Source of the DNA: Candidatus Saccharimonadota bacterium
GTDB lineage: Bacteria; Patescibacteriota; Patescibacteriia; 2-12-FULL-60-25
Reading direction: 5' to 3'
Assembly: GCA_963718585.1 (NCBI GenBank)
Contig: OY970357.1
Coordinates: forward strand, 270,001 to 302,000
Length of the DNA: 32,000 bases
Shown here: positions 25,343 to 31,641 of the stretch, one piece after another
Layout of the letters: every line of letters begins with the position of its first letter
Numbering within the stretch: position 1 is the first letter of the stretch
Made by a program: the position numbers and the translations under genes
Notes under the pieces: model-generated
Told to the model about the DNA's origin: nothing
Seen by the model: the letters and a program-made list of their open reading frames with translations, nothing else
Database searches by the model: none

Positions 25343-25416
25343 GGGGGCGTCGTATAATGGTAGTACAACGGTCTCCAAAACCGTTTGCGTAGGTTCGATT
25401 CCTGCCGCCCCTGCCA
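25343..25416 (+). tRNA. tRNA-Trp (anticodon CCA)
   Basis: GGGGGCG-TC-GTAT-AATGGTA-GTAC-A-ACGGT-CTCCAAA-ACCGT-TTGC-GTAGG-TTCGATT-CCTGC-CGCCCCT-G-CCA. 74 nt, G1:U72 wobble. Confidence 0.9.
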
Positions 25417-25454
25417 GACAAAAAGATCCGCCAAACGGCGGATCTTTTGTATGG
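25414..25454 (+). terminator. terminator hairpin starting in the CCA of tRNA-Trp
   Basis: Core stem GATCCGCC / GGCGGATC with loop AAAC, extended by A/T pairs and CCA..TGG. U-rich 3' arm (CTTTTGT). Confidence 0.6.
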
Positions 25455-25593
25455 CAATGGGTCGGGCGGAGGAATCGAACCTGGGAAAGGGTGAAAACGG
25501 AAGTTTTCACATGCTGAGGAGGGCCTGCGGGAACCCGAAGGTTCCCGCAAGAGGAGCGCCAGCGACGAGTGAGCATTCCTGCCGCCCCTGCCA
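25455..25593 (+). repeat. tRNA-tail-capped structured module, copy W1 (ends in a 19-nt perfect copy of the tRNA-Trp 3' end)
   Basis: ATTCCTGCCGCCCCTGCCA at 25575-25593 equals 25398-25416. The body contains GCGGAGGAATCGAACCTGGGAAAGG, a GTGAAAAC-GGAA-GTTTTCAC hairpin, a TGCGGGAACC-CGAA-GGTTCCCGCA hairpin and AGCGACGAGTGAGC, collinear with 16862-17014. Confidence 0.6.
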
Positions 25594-25630
25594 TGAAAAT
25601 CCTGACGGATACACCCGTCAGGATTTTCAT
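25593..25630 (+). terminator. terminator hairpin after the duplicated tRNA-Trp tail
   Basis: Perfect 16-bp stem ATGAAAATCCTGACGG / CCGTCAGGATTTTCAT with loop ATACAC. The stem starts at the final A of the duplicated CCA. Confidence 0.6.
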
Positions 25631-25635
25631 AACCG

Positions 25636-25702
25636 GTCGCAGGGATCGAACGGGGAGGGGGATATCAGGCAAAACACGCACCTTTCCGGTGAGTGTCATT
25701 TC
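25636..25702 (+). repeat. truncated third copy (W2) of the module
   Basis: GCAGGGATCGAACGGGGAGGG (25639-25659) is near-identical to 16871-16892. CCGGTGAGTGTCATTTC (25686-25702) resembles the right-hand block ..GAGTGAGCATTCC. The internal hairpins are absent, and the copy overlaps the stop of the minus-strand gene. Confidence 0.45.
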
Positions 25703-26001
25703 TTTGATCGCTTTTTGAGGATCCCTTTTACAGACGGACTGATCTTTTTGTCAGTGCGGTGGATACAACCGATCCAGCAGCACGGACGGCGCATGCCGCT
25801 GACCATCTTGGACCGCGCCTTTTCGATCCGGATCTTTCGGGTCTCATCCTTTTTCGCATCTTCTACCCAACAGATCCACTCATTGCGCGCGAGCGGCGTG
25901 ATGTCTTCCCAGATCGTCAACAGTTTGGGATCGGATGCAAGCGTCTTCCGCAGGTCCGCGGGGAGGCGATGTACGGTCCCGGAGGAGATCGTTTGACTCA
26001 T
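25696..26001 (-). CDS. YdeI/OmpD-associated-family-like small protein
   Basis: 101 aa: LPADLRKTL...W..ITPLARNEWICWVEDAKKDETR..RI...MVSGMRRPCCWIGCIHR. This pattern, including the CC..GC.HR end, matches my recollection of the YdeI family. TACGAT lies 6 nt upstream of the ATG. Confidence 0.55.
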   Translation of the reverse strand: MSQTISSGTVHRLPADLRKTLASDPKLLTIWEDITPLARNEWICWVEDAKKDETRKIRIEKARSKMVSGMRRPCCWIGCIHRTDKKISPSVKGILKKRSKK

Positions 26002-26076
26002 TATCGTATCGTACGGCGTGTCGGATCTCGTTGCAAGAAGTTACGACGAACGAGATGCCGTAGCGTTGAAGGCATA

Positions 26077-26104
26077 CAAAAATGCCGCAGATCGCGCGGC
26101 ATTT
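26077..26104 (-). terminator. terminator after the small ORF at 26137-26319 (symmetrical A/T flanks)
   Basis: Stem ATGCCGC / GCGGCAT (26081-26087 / 26095-26101) flanked by an A-run and a T-run. Confidence 0.55.
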
Positions 26105-26136
26105 TCGTGAGAAGGGGACTTCTCGACGGTCTGGGC

Positions 26137-26319
26137 CTACGCGGCCTTGTCCATGCCGCCGAGTTCTTCGTCGAGCTTCTTCCAGCGTTTGTACTGCGCC
26201 AGCTGAGCCGCATTCATGTTGGCACGCTCCATGAACGCTTTTTCTTCGGACGTGAGGTTCAGTTCGGCGTCGTCCTTCTTTGTTTCTTGTGAGGAGGGCA
26301 TCTGTGCTTCAAAACCCAT
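26137..26319 (-). CDS. small hypothetical protein (60 aa, charged/helical)
   Basis: MGFEAQMPSSQETKKDDAELNLTSEEKAFMERANMNAAQLAQYKRWKKLDEELGGMDKAA. It has its own terminator. There is no similarity I can recognise, so coding status is uncertain. Confidence 0.4.
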   Translation of the reverse strand: MGFEAQMPSSQETKKDDAELNLTSEEKAFMERANMNAAQLAQYKRWKKLDEELGGMDKAA

Positions 26320-26438
26320 ATGTCGTTTTGGTTAATGAGTGAGCATGCAACGATCGTAACGCCCTGACGCAAGTCTCGCAAACCAAGGCGTGAGGAGAGG
26401 TCTTCGTGCCATCCCACGGGGTCTGATCCGCCATGACT

Positions 26439-26891
26439 TCACTCAAGATCCAGGTGGTGCTTCAAGATCTCGCGGTAGATGTTCTCGCGCGTCACGATCC
26501 CGACTACTTTTCCATCTTCTACGACGGGCATGCGGTGGATGTGGTGTGCGAGCATGAGTGCACCGGCCCGCATGATGGGCGCGTCAGGTTCGACGACGAT
26601 GACCTCCCGCGTCATGAAGGAGGAGACAGGATGCGCGCGGATCTCGTCGATCTTCTGTTCACGCGCTTCGAAATCCGTATAGGATTCCGGATGTTCGTAA
26701 TAACTTTTATAAAAGGGGAACATGATCCGAAAGAGATCCTTTTCGGAGACCGTTCCGACCATCAGCCCGTCGTCGTTGACGATGGGAACACCGCTGATGC
26801 GATGATCGTGCAGGACCTTGGCGACGTGCTCGTACGTCGCGTGTTCCGGCGCGGTGATCACATCGACTTCCATCACGTCTCTGACTTTCAT
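26439..26891 (-). CDS. CBS-domain pair protein
   Basis: 150 aa with two CBS repeats (VRDVM..DVITA....V...L..HRISGVPIVNDDGLMVGTVSEKDL and ..FMTREVIVVEPDAPI..A..LM..HHIHRMPVVEDGKVVGIVTRENI). Confidence 0.8.
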   Translation of the reverse strand: MKVRDVMEVDVITAPEHATYEHVAKVLHDHRISGVPIVNDDGLMVGTVSEKDLFRIMFPFYKSYYEHPESYTDFEAREQKIDEIRAHPVSSFMTREVIVVEPDAPIMRAGALMLAHHIHRMPVVEDGKVVGIVTRENIYREILKHHLDLE

Positions 26892-27036
26892 AGAAATGGG
26901 GTTAGAGAAGGATGATTAAATGCTGTTTTACAGCATAGCGCGGAAGGGGAATAAAGCAACAGACGGGTTTTTCGTCAGATCTGAATACCCTAAAAAGGTG
27001 GTTGATTTTAAGTGGTTAAACAGTTAATCTCCTTTC

Positions 27037-28089
27037 ATGAAAAAGCTTCTCCTTGTGGCCCTCGCCATCGCGACGGCCGGCGCCGGATGCGCCTCTTCGT
27101 ATGCCCCGCGTCCCATCCCTTCGACCAGTACGGTGCCACCCCCGGCCCAGCCGGTGACCTCATCGACGTCGTCCGAGATGGCGCCGACCTCGACCGCGCC
27201 GGTCGTTTTGACCGGTCAGGATAAGATCCTGCACGAGCTTTCGGTCCAGTGGCAGAAGGATGGGGATATCGGCGCTTCCAACGGACAGACGCGGGATACG
27301 GCGGATGTCATGGGATCGTGCAGGAATCTTCCCGTTGAACCGCCGTCAGAGACCGCGGCACTCGTGCCACCGACCTATGTGAAATTGCGTTCGATCGCAG
27401 AGCATGGATGCGGTGCGATCCTGCGCGTCTATCTCGGGTGTGCGCAGTCGATCCCGGAAACGAATAGCGCGCCGGATCAATGGGTGCAGGTCGATGGGAA
27501 CTGGTACGCGTGTGGCGATTGGGAGGAGAAGCTGATCCTGGAGGATGAAGCGACGAACGCGACACATGTCGTCGCGGACATCGCCGTTCAGCGAGGGGCG
27601 AATTCCAGCGCGTTGTGGGTTCCGATCGCGTTCAGTAAGGATGAAAAGAACATCATCTTGGATGCGTGGATGGGATCGCCGGGCGCGGGCGGAGGAAGCG
27701 TCGATTACGGGTATGACTGGATCCCGGCATCGACGACCAACGGAACGAACAAGGACCTGGTCTATCTTGCGCCCCGCGCGACATTCTTCTACGACGCGTA
27801 CGGCAAGATGGTCTATCTCATGAGCTCGCCAGATCTCCCGATGTATTCCCAGCCCGGGCCGAGCTCGAATGATGGGGAGATCATGTCTGAGGACCTCGCG
27901 ACCATGCAGCGCCGGACGGCGTTGATGGAGCCGGATACGACGTATAAGCTCATCAGCCTTGATGAGCCAGGGCATACCGCGACCATCGAAAAGACGCATC
28001 ACACGTTCACGGCGAGCTGTCCGCGGCAGGAAGACGCGTTGTATTGCACGCAGAAGACGACATCCGTCCAGAAAATGCTCCTTCCGTGA
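27037..28089 (+). CDS. secreted hypothetical protein, lipoprotein-like signal (..ATAGAGC)
   Basis: MKKLLLVALAIATAGAGC signal followed by a Pro/Ser/Thr-rich linker. 350 aa, no recognised domain. Confidence 0.6.
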   Translation: MKKLLLVALAIATAGAGCASSYAPRPIPSTSTVPPPAQPVTSSTSSEMAPTSTAPVVLTGQDKILHELSVQWQKDGDIGASNGQTRDTADVMGSCRNLPVEPPSETAALVPPTYVKLRSIAEHGCGAILRVYLGCAQSIPETNSAPDQWVQVDGNWYACGDWEEKLILEDEATNATHVVADIAVQRGANSSALWVPIAFSKDEKNIILDAWMGSPGAGGGSVDYGYDWIPASTTNGTNKDLVYLAPRATFFYDAYGKMVYLMSSPDLPMYSQPGPSSNDGEIMSEDLATMQRRTALMEPDTTYKLISLDEPGHTATIEKTHHTFTASCPRQEDALYCTQKTTSVQKMLLP

Positions 28090-28106
28090 TCACGGATCAC
28101 CGACCC

Positions 28107-28649
28107 ATGAATTCCCTTCGACCATGTGCGCTCCTGCTTACACTTGCGGTGTTCGGCGCAGGCTGCCAAGCGGCGATCCCGGAACCCGTTGTTTCGCCGA
28201 CACCCTCCTCGTCCATTGGAAGTTCGTCTTGTGAGTCATTCACAGATATCTATCAAGCGCTCCAGCACGCCTCCGATGTGTGCACGTTGGATGTGAGCGG
28301 CCAACGACTCACGGGGGCGCTTCCGGCAGAGATCCGTCACCTCACGAAATTACAGACGCTCAATGCGAGGAACAATGACATGACAGGGATCCCGGCGGAG
28401 ATCGGACAATTGAACGATTTACGTGATCTTGACTACGGCTCGAACAGGCTCGATACGATGCCGAATGAGATCGCGCATCTGACCGGCCTCCAGACGCTGT
28501 CGCTCGCGCACAATACCTATCGATCGGTCCCGGATTCCGTCGTGCAGTTGAAACAGCTCAAGACGCTCGACCTGACCGGCAATCCGCTTTCTGCGGACGA
28601 GGTCGCACGGGTCAAGGCCGCGATGCCGAATACGGCGGTCGTGTTCTAG
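28107..28649 (+). CDS. leucine-rich-repeat (LRR) protein with lipoprotein-like signal (..VFGAGC)
   Basis: Trimmed to ATG 28107 (MNSLRPCALLLTLAVFGAGC). About six 23-aa repeats of the form LxxLxxLxxxxNxxxxIPxEIxxL (LTKLQTLNARNNDMTGIPAEIGQLNDLRDLDYGSNRLDTMPNEIAHLTGLQTLSLAHN...). Confidence 0.75.
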   Translation: MNSLRPCALLLTLAVFGAGCQAAIPEPVVSPTPSSSIGSSSCESFTDIYQALQHASDVCTLDVSGQRLTGALPAEIRHLTKLQTLNARNNDMTGIPAEIGQLNDLRDLDYGSNRLDTMPNEIAHLTGLQTLSLAHNTYRSVPDSVVQLKQLKTLDLTGNPLSADEVARVKAAMPNTAVVF

Positions 28650-28721
28650 CCGACGACACGGGAACGTTCCGCGGCGATCCTTTACTGAACAGTAAACAAT
28701 AGCATCCTTCTTCGTTCCAAT

Positions 28722-29402
28722 ATGAACAACACTATGTGGCAGAAGATCCTCATCGTCCTGGCCGTGCTCGTTGCACTCGGGCTCGGGGCCATGGTCGTGC
28801 TCCAGCAGCAACAATTGAATATCCTGACCCAGACGATCATGATGCAGGGAGAAAAACAGAGTCCGTCTCCGACAACGCCACAGGCTGTGAACGAGGCTGC
28901 TCAACCGTCTACGAATGCGCAGGTCCAACCACCTGCCACATCGCCGACGGCAGAAAAGACGCCGTCCTCGAACATCTTCGATCCGTCCAAAGACGTTGCG
29001 GGGAGCATCGTCGCAGGGATGACCGTGTTATCCGCCGGCGGGATCCCGTCGAGTCAACTGCCGTACGGGACGGATAATGTCCTTGCGAAGTTCATGGGGC
29101 AGACGACCCTGACCGGAACATACGACGAAGGGGTGAACGAGATGAGCGGAGTCGAGATGGCGTGTATGACGCTGACTGATCCGGCTGAGCGAGCAAAACT
29201 TCCGGTCCTGATCGGCCATCCGGATCAAAATACCCGATTTTGCTTCAGGAACCTCTCAGCCGCCAAGGCAGCATTCGGGTCGAATGTGACGAGCGGGGTG
29301 GCGACCGTCACGATCTCTGACTATGAGTTGTGGTACGCGGCAGCCGAAGTCGTGAACAAGGCGACGTTCGTCAAGGTCGTCTCAATGACGTCCGCACCGT
29401 AA
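28722..29402 (+). CDS. membrane-anchored hypothetical protein
   Basis: N-terminal anchor ILIVLAVLVALGLGAMVVL, a Gln/Pro/Thr-rich linker, then a globular C-terminal part. 226 aa. Confidence 0.55.
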   Translation: MNNTMWQKILIVLAVLVALGLGAMVVLQQQQLNILTQTIMMQGEKQSPSPTTPQAVNEAAQPSTNAQVQPPATSPTAEKTPSSNIFDPSKDVAGSIVAGMTVLSAGGIPSSQLPYGTDNVLAKFMGQTTLTGTYDEGVNEMSGVEMACMTLTDPAERAKLPVLIGHPDQNTRFCFRNLSAAKAAFGSNVTSGVATVTISDYELWYAAAEVVNKATFVKVVSMTSAP

Positions 29403-29502
29403 GGTGCAACGCGTTCCAGAACGATCTTAAAAAGATCCAGAAAAACGGATCCGAACTGGAATTGCGGATCCGAACGGTTGGGGTTTTTTCTTGGTCCGCA
29501 CG

Positions 29503-29511
29503 TGATAGAAT
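29503..29511 (+). promoter_or_regulatory. extended -10 box TGaTAGAAT, 7 nt upstream of ATG 29519
   Basis: No SD between the box and the ATG. Geometry fits a leaderless transcript for the ROK/TreT pair. Confidence 0.35.
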
Positions 29512-29518
29512 GTGATCA

Positions 29519-30361
29519 ATGTATGTATTGATCGATATCGGCGGGACGCATATGCGCATCGCGCGCGCGTCCTCCCTCCGGAAAGACGGTTTTGACATGC
29601 GGAGCATACGTTCCGTCCCGACGGAGAAGACGTATGCAAAAGCGGTCGAGGTCTTGCGGAGGGAGATCCACGCGATCGCATCTTCACGACTCCGCGCGAT
29701 CGGTGTCAGCGTCGCCGGAACGGTCGACCGAACGCGCGGGATCGTGCGTCGGTCGCAGACAACGCCGGATTGGGAAGGGCATTCACTTGGGGCAGATCTC
29801 CGAACATCGTTTCGTTGTCCGGTTCAAGTCGAAAATGATGCGACATGCGCGGCGCTTGGCGAAGCGGTCTACGGCAAGACGCGCGGGGACTTTCTTTTGC
29901 TCGTGTGGGGCACGGGGATCGGCGGCACGCAGATCCACCGACGGGGGAATGCGTTTTTGATCTCGAGCTTCGAGCCAGGGAAGCAACGCATCCAATGCAA
30001 TGGTGACACGGTGTCGTTGGAAGACTGTTGTGCGGGAAAGGGGATCGCGGCCCGGCTCAAAAAAGAACCCGCCCGCTTGGGCGCCGCGCAGTGGGAGAAG
30101 CTCTTGGATCCGCTGGAGCAGGGGATGATCAACCTGCTGACCATCCGTCCGAGCGAACAAGTCGTCTTCAGTGGTGGGATCGCGTTCCATCATCCGGAGC
30201 TCTTGAAAGCGCTCCATGAACGTCTCCGTCACGCGGGAGATCGTTTCCCGATGTATCCTGCGCCACGCATCCTGCGGCGGGCGACGTTCGGAGAGGCTGC
30301 TGGGCTCGTGGGGGCGCTTGCACTCCTTTCGCTCCCTGAACGACGTTTGGAATACCTATGA
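29519..30361 (+). CDS. ROK-family sugar kinase (glucokinase-like)
   Basis: N-terminal ATP-binding LIDIGGTHMRIA, the ROK signature-like VENDATCAALGEAVYG, and GTGIGG. Confidence 0.75.
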   Translation: MYVLIDIGGTHMRIARASSLRKDGFDMRSIRSVPTEKTYAKAVEVLRREIHAIASSRLRAIGVSVAGTVDRTRGIVRRSQTTPDWEGHSLGADLRTSFRCPVQVENDATCAALGEAVYGKTRGDFLLLVWGTGIGGTQIHRRGNAFLISSFEPGKQRIQCNGDTVSLEDCCAGKGIAARLKKEPARLGAAQWEKLLDPLEQGMINLLTIRPSEQVVFSGGIAFHHPELLKALHERLRHAGDRFPMYPAPRILRRATFGEAAGLVGALALLSLPERRLEYL

Positions 30362-31566
30362 TCCGTCTTCATCAATACCGTTCCGTGGTCGGCCGCGAGT
30401 CCATCGATCGGATCCAGCGGAAAGCACGTAAGCTTCGCGGCAAGCACATCGTCCTGGTCAGTTCCACGCATCAAGGCGGTGGTGTGGCCGAGATCCTGAA
30501 TACGATCATCTTTTTGTTGAATGACGCCGGCGTCGAATGTGGTTGGCGGATCATCCATGGGAGTACGGATTTCTTCACGGTCACGAAGAAGTTGCATAAC
30601 GCGTTGCAGGGTGCGCATCTTCCGCTCACGAAGACTGAACGTGCGCGGTATCTAGAGACGAATGAGGATTTCTGTGTCTTTACGCATCTCCAGCATCACG
30701 ACCTCGTCGTCGTCCACGATCCTCAGCCACTCCCGATCGTGAAATGGGAGAAGCGTAAGCGTCAGCCATGGATCTGGCGGTGTCATATCGATCTGACGGA
30801 TCCGGACCCTGAAGCGTGGGATCTCGTCCGTCCGTATATCAATGCGTATGACCATGTCGTGGTCTCGCATGAGACGTACAAGCAGAAGGTCCGTCCGACA
30901 CAAAGCGTGATCACGCCGGCGATCGATCCGCTTTCGCCGAAGAACGCGCCGCTTCCAACCCGCGAACGGCACCGGCTTTTACGCGACCACGGGATCGATC
31001 CTTCGCGTCCGATCATCGCCCAGGTCTCTCGCTTCGACGCTTGGAAGGACCCGGAAGGCGTGATCAAGGTGTTTGAACTCGTCCGTCGACGTATGCCGTG
31101 TCAGCTTGTCCTCCTTGGGAATACGGCGTCAGACGATCCGGAGGGGATCCATATCTACAACAAGATCAAGAATGCATACGGAAAGCGGAAAGACATGCAC
31201 ATCCTCGTCAACGTTGAGGAGAATGATCGATTCGTGAACACCATCCAGACGGACGCGGCCGTCATCCTCCAAAAATCGATCCGCGAAGGATTCGGGCTGA
31301 CCGTCTCTGAGGCCCTGTTCAAAGGCACGCCGGTCGTCGGGTCGAATGTCGGCGGCATCCCGCTCCAGATCCAAGATCGCGTGACCGGGTTCCTTCACGA
31401 CCCGGAAGACCTCAAAGGATTTGCAGACAGTACGTTGGCGTTGTTGAAGGACCCGAAAATGCGTCGGACGTTCGGTGCGCGGGGACGTGACTATGTCCGA
31501 ATGCACTTTCTGATCACGCGTTTGCTCGAAGATTGGTTGGATCTCTTCATCCGTACACTCCGCTGA
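30358..31566 (+). CDS. treT: trehalose synthase TreT-like glycosyltransferase (GT4)
   Basis: ATGA overlap with the ROK gene. The N-terminal SSTHQGGGVAEILNTIIFLLNDAGVECGWRIIHGSTDFFTVTKKLHNALQG closely follows the archaeal/bacterial TreT pattern (GGGVAE(I/M)L ... FF.VTK..HN.LQG). The C-terminal GT1/GT4 core includes EGFGLTVSEALFKGTPVV. Confidence 0.75.
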   Translation: MIRLHQYRSVVGRESIDRIQRKARKLRGKHIVLVSSTHQGGGVAEILNTIIFLLNDAGVECGWRIIHGSTDFFTVTKKLHNALQGAHLPLTKTERARYLETNEDFCVFTHLQHHDLVVVHDPQPLPIVKWEKRKRQPWIWRCHIDLTDPDPEAWDLVRPYINAYDHVVVSHETYKQKVRPTQSVITPAIDPLSPKNAPLPTRERHRLLRDHGIDPSRPIIAQVSRFDAWKDPEGVIKVFELVRRRMPCQLVLLGNTASDDPEGIHIYNKIKNAYGKRKDMHILVNVEENDRFVNTIQTDAAVILQKSIREGFGLTVSEALFKGTPVVGSNVGGIPLQIQDRVTGFLHDPEDLKGFADSTLALLKDPKMRRTFGARGRDYVRMHFLITRLLEDWLDLFIRTLR

Positions 31567-31610
31567 ACGGGAGCTATCCAGGCGCGTGGTCGATGGGTCG
31601 CGTGTGCTCG

Positions 31611-31619
31611 TGGTATAAT
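31611..31619 (+). promoter_or_regulatory. extended -10 box TGgTATAAT
   Basis: Perfect TATAAT with the TG extension, 45 nt after the treT stop and upstream of the last ORF. Confidence 0.3.
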
Positions 31620-31641
31620 CGTGTCCGCACCTTTTTGGAAC

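Noticed and set aside
25513-25555. Hammerhead-ribozyme-like CUGAGGA box followed by a stable helix
   Set aside because: No GAAA or stem III/cleavage-site context follows the helix, and the homologous tRNA-Glu copy lacks the CUGANGA box entirely.
25457-25560. Possible minus-strand class II tRNA (GGAATCGAACC at 25471-25481 looks like a reverse-complemented T-arm, and the 8-bp hairpin could be a variable arm)
   Set aside because: On the minus strand the T-stem cannot pair (CCAGG versus CCTCC). No anticodon arm or D arm can be drawn, and the 3' end reads CAT rather than CCA. At best it is a tRNA-derived relic, and I treat it as part of the module.
25385-25996. 203-aa plus-strand ORF spanning the tRNA-Trp 3' half, modules W1 and W2, and the antisense of the ydeI-like gene
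   Set aside because: It crosses a tRNA and three terminator hairpins. Its composition is Arg/Cys/Ser-rich, typical of off-frame translation in GC-rich DNA. The opposite-strand gene has a recognisable family pattern.
26334-26345. GAGTGAGCAT 10-mer shared with the module right-hand block (25567-25576)
   Set aside because: It is an isolated short match with none of the flanking module blocks or any tRNA tail, which is compatible with chance in a 32-kb window.
29403-29500. Terminator after the 28722-29402 gene, built on the repeated CGGATCCGAAC units
   Set aside because: The two CGGATCCG palindromes can pair, but the T-run (29485-29490) is separated from the stem by about 13 nt. The geometry is poor for an intrinsic terminator, so I did not list it as a feature.
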